From Mobula hypostoma (taxonomy: Eukaryota), in NCBI RefSeq assembly GCF_963921235.1, contig NC_086109.1, positions 37,202,001-37,266,000 on the forward strand: 64,000 bases of DNA, written 5' to 3'. Both the position numbers and the translations under genes were made by a program. This document shows positions 1-10,739 of this stretch, in pieces. The notes beneath the pieces were generated by a model. It had not been told where the DNA came from and did not search any database. It worked only from the letters and a program-made list of their open reading frames with translations. Numbering within the stretch: the stretch's first letter is position 1; every line of letters starts with the position of its first letter.

Positions 1-165
1 CGGCAGCGAAGCAGGCATTTCAGAAGTTTCTCCAGATGTTCCTCTGTGCTTCTTCACGTCTGTCTCCATCAAAGCAGGATTGTGCACGGCCCCTACTTAA
101 CAAATACCAATATCATTTCGGAGCAGCCGCGCGCACTGCATCGCGCCACCATCTTCTTCTCCCCT
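1..165 (-). mobile_element. Fragment of a short unclassified retroposon, same family as 10851-11472
   Basis: Closely matches 11311-11470 (cagcgaa...tttcagaa...tccagatgttcctctgtgct...cacggccccta). Confidence 0.65.
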
Positions 166-1407
166 ACCTACTGAGTATGCTTGGAGTTGAGAAGTTGAGG
201 CTACACCTTATCACCCGCAGGGTGATCCCCAGCCCGAGAGGTTCAATTAGACCTGGCTAGACATGCTCAGAATCTTGAAGAGCTGTAAAAAGAACAAGTG
301 GAGTTAACATCTGGTCCACTGCTACAACCATGCACTCAGTGAAGCTACTGGGTACTTGCGTATCATCTGATGTTTGGGCACAAAGCGAGGTTGCCCATTG
401 ACCTCTGTTTTGGGACTAGTGAGGAAGAAATCCAACAGAAGGCTCATCTGAAGTATGTGCCTGATATGAGAAGGGAGCTGCAAAAGGCTTATAAACTAGT
501 TGAGTTCTCAGCTACGAAGCAGATTCAAGGAAATAAGAGGGTGTATGAGCAAAAGGTTAGGTTCTCCCATCTAACGCCTGGAGACTGAGTCCTCATAAAG
601 AATTTGGGGCTACCTGGGAAGCATAAGTTGGCTGACCACTGGTTGGCCTCGCCCTATGTAGTGGAGAGTCCGATGCCAAAGGTACCAGTTTTCCTAGTGA
701 GACCAGAGGATGGAAATGGATCTGTCAAGATTCCCCATCGGAACCGCCTTCTACCTCTGGGACAAGAAGTACGTGTTGACCCAGAGCCTGACCTGGAGTC
801 TACACCTAGTAAGAGGAGTCTGTGACGACGTGAGGGAACCGAAGGACCAGCAACCGGAAGGATTAGACTGGACCCCACCCCTGAATATGATACAGGCTCG
901 GAGGATGAGGAAATGGGTGTCTGGTATATGCTGTCCTTTGCATGCTCCCCAATAATTGATGAAGAGATTCCCAACCCTACTCATGCTGTGGTGGGTGAAA
1001 TCAGAGGAACTAGCAGTGGACAGGCAGGGTTGGGGTTAGGAAATAACGGGAAGCTGGACTGTAAAGTAACTGGGCGCAAGGGTGAGCTCAGTCAAATGAT
1101 GAGGGGCTCTGAGTTGTCGGGGGGCACGAGTAATGGGCAGGGAGGGGCCTCCCCAGATAGACAGGAAAGAGCCCAGAGAGGGCCTGAAGCCAAAGAAGTA
1201 GATGATGGGGTAAGGAGGTCCCAAAGAGTCAGGAGACCCCCAGACAAAGTGGCCTATGTCGCACTCGGGGAACAGAGTGTGGCACCTATCTCCTTGGTGA
1301 ACTATGTCACTGCCATTTACACCTGGGTAGGACTTTGTGCTTTGTACGAAGTGGTGACAAATTATCTCAACGTCATGGGGACATGACTAATTTTGGTGGG
1401 GGGAGAG
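166..1407 (+). mobile_element. Ty3/Gypsy internal 3' part: degenerate integrase and 3' region with PPT
   Basis: Peptides MLGVEK..TPYHPQGDPQPERFN, MFGHKARLPIDLCFG and LPGKHKLADHW..PYVV (integrase core and GPY/F region) with stops and frameshifts; PPT ttttggtggggggagag directly before LTR. Confidence 0.9.
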
Positions 1408-1995
1408 TGTAACACCCTGGGAAAGGTTTCACTGCTAATGTAATTGTCTTTCTGTAGAAGCAGTGTTTGGGTTATAGTTAGAGAATGTGAGCTGTCCAAT
1501 GAGGGGAGTGTGTCTTTGTGTTGTTTGCCTGACACCGGTGTGAGTTGGGTTCTTTAGTGCAGCAGGAAATAGAGAAGACGCTGGGGAGAACCGGTCGTAG
1601 GAAATGACCCGGTGGGAGACCCGTCTGTTCGAGATAGATTGCGAGTGACATTCGGAAGGTGGTGGTGCGTAGACCGAGGGCTCAGCATGAGAGTGACAGA
1701 GAAGTTCAAGATGAGCTCCAACTTGGCTGTTTAATTATAATGGAACCTTTTTGTTTTTTTCTTTCTTTTCTTTACTAACCCTTTAGTTAAGTAAGATTCC
1801 TAAATATAATTCCTTTAATTGTATGCAGTGTGCTGTCTGTTATTTCTTGGCACGAAGTTGCAACGGGGTCGCAAATTACACAGCATCCACTCAAACCGGG
1901 GTTTCAGTGGGAGAGCCATCCCAATCACACAGGTTTGGCAGGACCAGAGTGTGTTTCTCCTAGACTTACACAGCCAAGGAAACCAGGTGGTTTCA
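1408..1995 (+). mobile_element. Gypsy 3' LTR
   Basis: Begins TGTAAC immediately after the PPT and ends ...ggtttCA; shares internal motifs (cacagcatccac, gagctccaact) with the solo LTR at 6586. Confidence 0.75.
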
Positions 1996-2000
1996 GTTGA

Positions 2001-2265
2001 ATAGAGTCATAGAGCATGCAGACCACAGTATTGTCCCAGTTGTCCATGTTTGAACAAGAGCTCACCAAGCCCCTCCCTTCCTTTAGCTATCCAAGTGCCT
2101 CTTAAATGTTGCCATTGTAGAGTCCTAACAACCTTCACTGGCAGCTCATTCCAAGTAATCACCAGCCTCTGTGTAAAGAAGTTACCTCTCAGGTCTCTTT
2201 TAAATCTCTGCCCTCTTATCTTGGAGCTGTGCCCTCTAGTTTAAGACTACCCAGCCCTGGGATAA
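2001..2265 (-). mobile_element. CR1 LINE 3' tail
   Basis: Antisense encodes the CR1 C-terminal motif (RGNFFTQRLV..WNELP); paralogous to 14103-14422. Confidence 0.75.
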
Positions 2266-3259
2266 AGAGTTCGAGTTCAAGTTTAATTATCATTCCACAA
2301 TACATCAATACTGCTGAATGAAACCATGATTCTCCGGAGGCCAAGGTGCAAAACATACACAGCACAACACAGCTCAAGGTATACACAGCACGTTCAAGAT
2401 ATCAAACAAATATACAGATACGCAAAAGTTTGACCAAAACTGTGCACAATATTCCAAATGCAGCCTCACTACATAGTCAGGACTTCATTGCCTCGAGTGC
2501 AGGAGAATGAGAGCAGATCATATAGAGGTATTCAAAATATTGAGGGGTATAGAGAGTGCAAATACAGGCAGGCAACTATTAAGAAGTAAATTCTTCTTCC
2601 CCTCAGGCTGGGTGAAACTAGATTGAGTGATCATAGGTTTGGGGTGAAAAGGGAAGTATTTAAGGGGAATCTAAGAGCATGGTCTGGATGGTGGGGGAGC
2701 TTGATGATGGATGCTTCTTCCCTGCAATAGTGCGCTGTGTGGATGTGCTCAGTGCTGGGAAGGGCTTTACCGTGATGGACTGGGCTCCATCCATCACTTT
2801 TTATTGGCTTTTCTGTGCAAGGGCATAGGTGTTTTCATACCAAGCTGTGATGCATCATTTGCAATGATACTGATTTGTGGGATTCAATACAGATGGTCTG
2901 AAATTTGAAGGTTCTGAACTTCTCCGACTCTGATCCACCAGTGAGGACTGGCTCATGGTTTCTCCCTCTTGTAGTCAATAATCAGCTCCTTGGTTTTACG
3001 GACTTGATGTGTTGATTGATCTAATTCAGCTCCTATGGTGTTATGGTCTTAGTCCGTGCAGGCTCTAAGGCAATCCCATTCCCACACCTGTTTCCTTTTT
3101 CACTTATTCTCTTGAGAACCTGCTGTCAGGAAGCTCTTCACATCAACAATGGGGTCGAGGACAGCGGAATATGGAATGAAGGGTTTCGGCATGAAATATC
3201 AAGTTTATTCCTCTACATAGATGCTGCCTGACTTGCTGAATGCCTGCAGCATTTTGTTT

Positions 3260-3798
3260 GGATTCTTGTAGAATGAAGATGTTTGAAAGTAAGACAGGAG
3301 TGATGAGAAGATATATATTTTTACCCTGCAATTATTTAAGGTCTGGATGTAAATATCTGTTGGAATAACGGAGGCAGATTCATATGTTACATTTACCCAA
3401 GTGTGACAGCATACCCCAGAGTCCCCAGGAATGTGGCACTCACGGATTGGACACTATTTGTAGGCAGTACACTTCAAAGGGGCAAAGTTTGCAAATGCAT
3501 CAGCCAATTGTTGTTTTCAAGCACAATTTTAACACAGAATCTCCCTGTATCCAGACAAGGGGCAGTGAAATTGAACTCTTCTATTCTCAAGGTCACCATG
3601 AAAACCAGTTATTCCTTTCACCCTCACCTGTCACTGAAACCCAGCCAATGAACAAAGCTTTTACTAAATACAGAAATGTTGAGATGTGACCACTCAGGGA
3701 GGTGTCAAGACCTGACATCACAAGGCCACTGTGACACAACTGGGGCACATCACAATGAGATGCAGCATCACCACAGGGTTTAATCTCTGGTTACCTGG
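3260..3798. other. Core of the duplicated unit not assignable to a repeat family, copy 1
   Basis: Aligns by eye with 16490-17040 and 46580-46945; no transposon protein motif recognised. Confidence 0.6.
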
Positions 3799-3799
3799 A

Positions 3800-4059
3800 A
3801 ACCTGTGGTATTCCTGTGGAAATTTCAATAGAAGAGATTTAAATCTCATTTATTGGGAGGCAAAGTTAAGGAGGTAAGGAGATCCCAAATAGTCTAAAAT
3901 GGGGAAAGGATGGATAGTTTATCTATATCGATATGTCTTGATGAAGTGAAGCTCCCTGATAAAGTAAATTTGGGGTATGTTAGTTATAATGTACGAGCTT
4001 TTATTCCACCTCCACTTAGATGTTACAAATTTCAGAGGTTTGCGCATGTTGCAGCAGTG
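3800..4059 (+). mobile_element. Nimb/I-clade LINE ORF1 (gag-like) fragment, 5' part
   Basis: LPDKVNLGYVSYNVRAFIPPPLRCYKFQRFAHVAAVC: PRE_C2HC-like region plus first zinc knuckle. Confidence 0.75.
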
Positions 4060-4282
4060 TGTTGGAAACTAAGAGAGAAACATACACGCTTTAAAAATCT
4101 ACAGCACAATATAGCCCACAATGCTGTGCTGAACAGTGGTGACATGGGGTTAGGGTTGCACTCTATCTAGAATAATAAGTGTAGACCATTGTTGGGTACA
4201 TGCAGCATATGCTTTATGTTGTGATATGCTGTTGGATCCTACAGTCTCTCTTCAGGTTCTCTGGGATATGGTAGAAAATGTT

Positions 4283-5694
4283 AAACACAAAATAATCTGC
4301 AGATGCTGGGATCAAAGCAACTCTTACAGTACGCTGGAGGAACTCAGCAGGTCGGGCAGCATCAGTGGAAACGATGAGTCGATGTTTCGGGCCGGAACCC
4401 TCGTCAGGACTGAAGAATGAAGGAGGGGGAAGGATTTGAAGAATGCTTGTAGGTTCGGTTGAAAGACCTGTAATTTGAAGGACAAAGGGATGGGGGAGGG
4501 GAAGCATCGACGTCATAGGCAGGAAAACAATGGGTAGTAGAAGAAGGAGGCGGAGCAATGATGGAGGTGATAGGCAGCTGTGGGAGGGGGTAGAGTGAAA
4601 TAGGGATAGAGGAAGAGAGGGGGAGGGAATTACTGGAAGTTGGAGAATTCTGTGTTCATACCAAGGGGCTGGAGACTACTTAGACGGTATATGAGGTGTT
4701 ACTCCTCCAACCTGGTTTAGCCTCATCATGGCAGTAGAGGAGGCCATGTATGGACATATCTGAATGGGAATGGAAAGCAGAGTTGAAGTGGGTAGCTACC
4801 AGGAGATCCTGTCTGTTGTGGCAGACAGAGTGGAGGTGCTCAATGAAGCGGTCCCCCAATCCGCGTCGGGTTTCACCGATGTAAAGGAGGCAGCACCGGG
4901 AGCACCGGATGCAATTGGTGACCCCACCAGCCTCACAAGTGAAGTGTTGCCTCACCTGGAAGGACTGTTTGGGGCCCTGAATGGTGGCAAGAGAGGAGGT
5001 GTAGGAACAAGTGTAGCACTTACGCTTACAGGGGTAAGTGCCGGATGGGAGATCAGTGGGGTGGATGTGCAGATAAGGGAATCGCAGAGGGACCGATCCC
5101 TGCAGAAAGCAGAGAGGGGTGGAGAGGGAAAGATGTGCTTAATGGTGGGGTCCTGTTGAAGGTGGCGGAAGTTGCGGAGGATAATGTGCTGGATCCGGAG
5201 GCTGGTGGGGTGGTAGGTGAGGACAAGGGGAACTCTGTCCCTGTTGTGGTTGCGGGAGGATGGGGTGAGGGCCGAAGTGCGGGAAATGGAGGAGATGCAG
5301 GTGAGGGCATCATTGATCACCGTAGAAGGGAAACCATGATCTTTAAAGAAAGAGGACATTTGAGATGTCCTGGAACGGAAAGCCTCATCCTCGGAGCAGA
5401 TGCGGTGGAGACGGAGGATCTGGGAATAGGGAATGGAATTTTTGTACGTGACGGGGTGGGAAGAGGTATAGTCGAGGTAGTTACGAGAGTCAGTGGGCTT
5501 GTAGAAGATGTCAGTGGACAGTCTGTCTCCAGAGATGGAGACCGAGACATCGAGAAAGGGGAGAGAAGTGTCAGAGATAGACCAAGTGAATTTGAGTGCT
5601 GGGTAGAAGTTTGAAGTAAAGTCAATGAAATTGACAAGCTCAGCATGGGTGCAGGAAGCAGCACCAATGTAGTCTTCAATGTACCGAAGAATGA
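4283..5694 (-). mobile_element. Penelope-like element, 5'-truncated (RT C-terminus plus GIY-YIG endonuclease)
   Basis: YIEDYIG (degenerate YIDD), LPFLD, RVPLVLTYHP, CIRCSRCCLLYIGET; 11-bp TSD TAGAAAATGTT at 4272-4282 and 5695-5705. Confidence 0.93.
4376..4412 (-). ncRNA. Minimal hammerhead ribozyme motif in Penelope pseudo-LTR
   Basis: Minus strand reads cAGTC-CTGACGA-GGGTTCCGGCCC-GAAA-CATC-GACTc: core CUGANGA and GAAA, stem II hairpin, stem I pairing. Confidence 0.7.
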
Positions 5695-5839
5695 TAGAAA
5701 ATGTTTACATTCTCTCTCTTTGTTTTCCTACACAGCTTTCCTCAGCCAAGCTATTCTTCCGTGGTAAGAACCGAAAATGTCTGGGCTGTAGAAGAAGAGT
5801 GCAGGTAAATAAAAGAGAGGTAGAGAACAGTTTCCATCT

Positions 5840-6008
5840 GTGGGGCACCAAAGATGTAGTAAGTGTGGTGGGGAACGTGAGTATGAAGATTGTGAAGGTG
5901 TAAAGTTTAAATGTTGTAATTGTAGAGGGGAACATAGGGCAGAGGATGTGAAGGGCTTAAGAAGGCAACTGAAGTTCATCAGGTTAAAGTACAGTTTGGT
6001 GTATTTTA
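5840..6008 (+). mobile_element. Nimb/I-clade ORF1 fragment, 3' continuation of 3800-4059
   Basis: QRCSKCGGEREYEDC..KCCNCRGEH: second and third zinc knuckles. Confidence 0.7.
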
Positions 6009-6143
6009 CCAGCCAATAACCAAATGACCAAAGCTTTTACTAAATACAGGAATGTTGAGGAGTGACCACTCAGGGAGGTGTCAAACCCTGACATCACAAG
6101 GCCACTGTGACACGAGTGGGGCACATCACACTGGTTACCTGGA
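6009..6143 (+). repeat. Direct repeat of 3641-3798 flanking the nested insertion
   Basis: ccagccaat...aagcttttactaaatacag...cactgtgacac...ggttacctgga repeated, with a ~33 bp deletion in this copy. Confidence 0.9.
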
Positions 6144-6585
6144 GACCAGAGACAAACATATACAAGGCATATATTGTTGATTCTTACAATCTACACAGAT
6201 GCTTCCAAAGATCCAGTGACAGTTTGTTCAGGTGTTTCTATTTATGTACCAAAATTTCAGGTTCAACAATTAGTGAGGTTGTGGGTGACACCAAAGTGAG
6301 GGGTTTCTGAGTTTATAACGAGATTGAGACCTCCTAGGAAAGTGGGCCAAGGAATGGCATGTGGAACTTACTTGGACAAGTAAGATTTTGCTAAGTTAAA
6401 CCAGAGTAGAACATACAGTGTGAATGCTGGGCCCAGGGAGAGTTGTAGAACAGAGAAATTGAGGGGTAGAACTACAGAGCTCTCTTAAAGAGGCGACACA
6501 GGTAAACAAGGCAGTGGACGGATTCTCATGTGGTGTAGATCTGTGACTCCGCGTAAATGGTCATCATTGTCTAGTTGTAAACCTG

Positions 6586-7301
6586 TGTAAAGGGTTTCTT
6601 CTTTTATGTTACTGCATAGTCTAATTAAAATGGTTTCTTTGTTGTGTTATAATTGAAATAGCTTCTTTGTTATGTTAACTGCTGAGAAAGTCCTCCTGCT
6701 AGCAGTTTGTTTGCATTACGTTACTGATAAGATGGTGAACAAACTAATTGGGATAGATGTTATTTTTTCTGTGTGCCGGTAAGATATTGTGATGCGCAGG
6801 TTTTTGGGAGAAGGCAGGAGAGAGAGAGAGACAGAGGATGGACCAGGTGCTGTGAGTCTACTAACGGGGTCGGACCCCGAGCAGGAGTTCGAGGTCCAGG
6901 GTGTTCGGCGAGGAGAGGAGACGGAGACGGACTTGTGTGGAGCATCTGGTCGACAACCGTTGTTGGTCCCAGGCGGCAGGTCGAGGTGGTCCAATGGGAT
7001 GGCAGGGTGAAGAAGGAGGGTCCTGAGCTCCAACTGTTTGTGCACGAAGAGATTGAACTTTGATAAGTGTGGCGCCTTTTATTTTCCTTTTATATTTTAT
7101 TCTCTATTAATTATATAGTTCCAGTAATATCTATAAACTGTAAATCATTTAATCGTATCTGGTGTATTGTCTGTTATTTGGGCGGGGTGGGGTACATCAC
7201 ACAGCATCCACACAAACTATTACCCAGTTTGGCGGGGCCGAGGGCTATTTCCCTAGATGACAGCAAGCTGAGCGACCCTGAGGCTGGCCAGTGGGGATAC
7301 A
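6586..7301 (+). mobile_element. Gypsy solo LTR
   Basis: TGTAAAG...GGATACA termini, 4-bp TSD CCTG (6582-6585, 7302-7305); paralog at ~17495 shows the empty site ttgtaagCCTGtgaatttac. Confidence 0.93.
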
Positions 7302-7339
7302 CCTGTGAATTTACTTTCTCTTTCTTCTCCCAGAGTAAC

Positions 7340-9845
7340 AAGACTATTAGGGGATTGGGAAGCTTTTAAAAACCAACAGAAAGCAACAAAAAGGAAGGAA
7401 ATGGTGAATGAATTGAATAAATATTTTGCGTCAGTCTTCACGGTGGAAGACACTAGCTGCATTTCGCAAGTTCAAGTGTGTCAGGAGCTGAAGTGAGTGA
7501 ACTTGCAATTGCTAAGGAGAAGATGCTTGGGAATCTGAAAGGTCTGAGGGCTGTTAGATCACCTAGACCAGACGGTCTACACTCCAGGGTTCTGAAAGAG
7601 GTGGCTGACAAGTTTGTGGAGGCAAAAGTAATGATCTTTCAAGAATGTATAGATTCTGGCATGGAAATTTCTCTCCATACTTCAAGAAGGGAGAGAGGCA
7701 GAAGAAAAGACTTTATATGCCAGTTGGTCTGACCTCAGTGGTTGGGAAGTTGTTAGAGCCAATTGTTAAGGATGTGGTTAAGGACTTGGAGGCGCATGAT
7801 ATAATAGGCAGTAGTTAGCATGGTTTCAAAAAGGGGAAACCTTGCCTGAAGAATCTGTTAGAATTCTTTGAGGAAATCACAAGGGGGATAGACAAAGGAG
7901 AATCAGTGGATGTTACGTACTTGGAATTTCAGAAGGCCTTTGACAAATGCACACATGAGGCTTCTTAACACGTTAAGAACCCATAGTGTTACAAGAAAGA
8001 TACTAGCATGGATGGGAGTACAGGCTAATTGTCAGGAGGCAAAGAGTGGGAATAAAAGGAGCCTTTTCTGCTTGGCTCCTGGTGGCTATGGTGATCCACA
8101 GGAGTCTGTGTTGGGACCGCTTCTTTTTACATTATATGTTAATGATTTTCCTGATGGAGTTAATAGTTTTGTGGCCAGGTTTGCAGACAATACAAAAGTA
8201 GGTGGAGGGGCTGGTAGTTTAGAAGAAGCAGGGAGGCTACATAAGGACTTAGACAGATTAAGAGACAGGAGAAAGAAGTAACAGATGGAATACAGTGTTG
8301 GGAAGTGTATGGTTATGCATTTTGGAGAAGAAATGAAAGTGTAGACTATTGTTTAAATGGAGAGAAAGTTCAAAAATCTGAGGCTCAAAGTGACTTGGGA
8401 GTCCTCATGCAGGATGCCCTAAAGGTAATTTGCAGGCTGAATTGAAGATGAGGAAGGCAAGAGCAATGTTAGCATTCATTTAAAAAAATATATTCATTTA
8501 TGGGATGTGGGCATCGGCAGCTAAGCCAGCATTTATTGCCCATCCCTAGTTGCTCTTGAGAAGGTGGTGATGAGTTGGGCCCACTAGTCATTGGCAGCCA
8601 AGCGGAAAGGCTCCTTTTATTCCTACGCTTTGCCTCCTGAAAATCAGCCTGTATTTCAAGAAAACTAGAATATAAAATCAATGATGCAAAGTTGAGCCTT
8701 TAGAAGACACTAATGAGGCTTCATTTGGAGTATTGTGAGATATTTGGGCCCATTATTTAAGAAAAAATATTCCTCACATTGGAGAAGCTTCAAAGGGGTT
8801 GTCAAAAATAATCACAAACAAGATAATATCTTGCAGATGCTGGAAATCCAAGCAACACACACAAAATGCTGGATGAACTCAGCAGGCCAGACAGCATCTA
8901 TGAAAAGAGTATTGTCGATGTTTCGGGCTGAAACCCTTCGGCAGGACTGGAGAAAGGAAGCTGAGGAGCAGATTTAAAATGTGGGGGGAGCGGAGAGAGA
9001 AACACGTGATAGGTGAAACGGGAGGGATGAAGTAAAGAGCTGGGAAGCTGATTGGTGAAAGAGATACAGGGCTGGAGAAGGGGTAGTCTGTTAGGAGACG
9101 ACAGAAGGCCATAGAAGAAAGAAAAGGTGGCAGGAGCACCAGAGGGAGGTGAAGTGTGGACAGAGGGTTAAGGCAGAAGAGGGAAAAGGGGATGGAGAAT
9201 GGTAAGGAGAGAGTGGTATGGGGGGCATTACCAGAAGTTCGAGAAATCGATGTTCATGCTATCAGGTTGGAAGCTACCCAGACGGAATATAAGGTGCTGT
9301 TTCTCCAACTTGAGTGTGGCCTCATATTCTTTTCCATAGGTGCTGCCTGGCCTGCTGAGTTACTTCAGCATTTTGTGTGTGTCATAAAAAATTCTGGGAT
9401 TGAAAGGCTTATCATATGAGGAGTGTTTGATGGCTCTGGGCTTGCTCTCACTGAAATTCAGAATAATGAGAGGAGAACTCAACGAAAACTTACCAACGTT
9501 GGAAGCCCTTAGGAGAGTGAATGCGGAGAGGACTCTCTGATAGGAGAGTCTAAAATCAGAGGACACATCCCCAGAATAGAGAAACATCCATTTAGTACGG
9601 AGCTAAGGAGGAATTCCTTTAGCCAGACTGTGGTGAATCTGAGGAGTTTGTCACCTCAGGCCGCAGCGGAGGCCAAGTCATTGCATATATTTAAGGTAGA
9701 GGTTGATAGGTTCTTGATTGGTCAGGGCAGGAAGGGAAATGGGGAGAAGTCAGGACATTGGGACTGAGAGGGAAATAATGAAAAGGTGGAGCATTTTAGA
9801 TGGACTGAATGGCGTAATTCGTCCCGAGATTTTATGGTCTATGAT
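7340..9845 (+). mobile_element. Degenerate CR1 LINE ORF2 (RT) with 3' tail, interrupted by small insertions
   Basis: SPRPDGLHSRVLKEVA, GDPQESVLGPLLFTLYVNDF, RFADNTKVGG; tail ...ttatggtctatg. Confidence 0.9.
8812..9383 (-). mobile_element. Penelope-like fragment with inverted second tail
   Basis: gcagatgctggaaatcc terminus, mutated hammerhead core at 8911-8949, GIY-YIG C-terminal coding (SFQPDSMNIDF), opposite-strand tail at 9328-9383. Confidence 0.8.
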
Positions 9846-10340
9846 TATGGCTGAAAATGTCCCATGGCACATGAAACAGACAACACTTGATTGTTAGATG
9901 ATTCCTGGTTGGGTGAGTAAGACTGGGAAAGAACTCCCACATTTGTATGCCACGTGGAGTTAATCACTGCTTTTCATAGGCTCAGCGGTCCAAACTTGGT
10001 GGTGAATTGTGAAGCAAGCAAGCCGGTATCGCTGCAATTGGAATGGTGGGGATATCCAAGCCTCCATCTTCTTAAACACCTTAAAACAATGTTACATTCC
10101 GTATTGTCCATGGCTTTAGCTGGGTACTTCAGCTGTAGCAGTCTAAAAAGGGAATATTTGATGACTTCCATCGGAAGCTACTTGCACAACTCACCTGCTT
10201 AATGATACCCGGAAGTTGATGGATTGACCATGTAAAGAATAAAAAGGCATCGAATGGTTTATACTTGTAAATATATTTTTTATGAATATGGCTTATTTTA
10301 TTTTTAAAAAGGTACGGGATCTCCTCTTAGGAAGCTATGT

Positions 10341-10715
10341 TGCGTAGAACTCAACATAGGACTGCTTCAGGGTTTCCAGCTCCAGATTTTTCCTCGGGGT
10401 TTACTTTCAAAGCCATCCCATGAATGTGTATATCCACAAGACAGTGGAGGATTGAGAATGGAGATTTCCTTCTCCTAGTTCAGCTATCAACCGTGGCTGA
10501 CAAGCTCTGTCTGCCAAATCAACTGGTTTTAAGGTGCCAATAACCCGCCTTTGATACTTCTCCTATCAGTAGAAACAGTTCAGCTGGGCTTATTAGCTAA
10601 GTCACAGGTAGAGGCCAGGAGCTGGTCTTAGTCATCAGAGACTACTTGAGGTGTATACCATTGAGAGCATTTAACAGGTATTAGGTTATCCCTGTTACCA
10701 CCTCCCGTTCCACAG
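10341..10715. mobile_element. Old interspersed repeat, possibly an RTE-clade 5' region (paralog at 23975-24365)
   Basis: Motif ttccttctcctag...gctgacaagc...ggttttaaggtgcc shared between paralogs; family assignment from recall only. Confidence 0.4.
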
Positions 10716-10739
10716 CTATATGAGAGATACAAGCAACCG

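Larger units (their letters stand above)
4060..5839 (+). mobile_element. Putative solo LTR interrupted by a CR1-like tail and a Penelope element
   Basis: Starts TGTTGGAAACT, ends AGTTTCCA(tct) (inverted termini), AATAAA at 5808-5813; splits the Nimb zinc-knuckle ORF; TSD unclear. Confidence 0.35.

Noticed and set aside
3384..3689. Paralogous ~100 aa ORFs in the triplicated core (also 46699-46992)
   Set aside because: Differences are largely amino-acid changing, copy 2 is frameshifted, and a 14-nt indel separates copies 1 and 3; no domain recognised.
4764..5614. Long plus-strand ORFs (131 and 189 aa)
   Set aside because: Antisense frames of the Penelope RT/GIY-YIG coding region.
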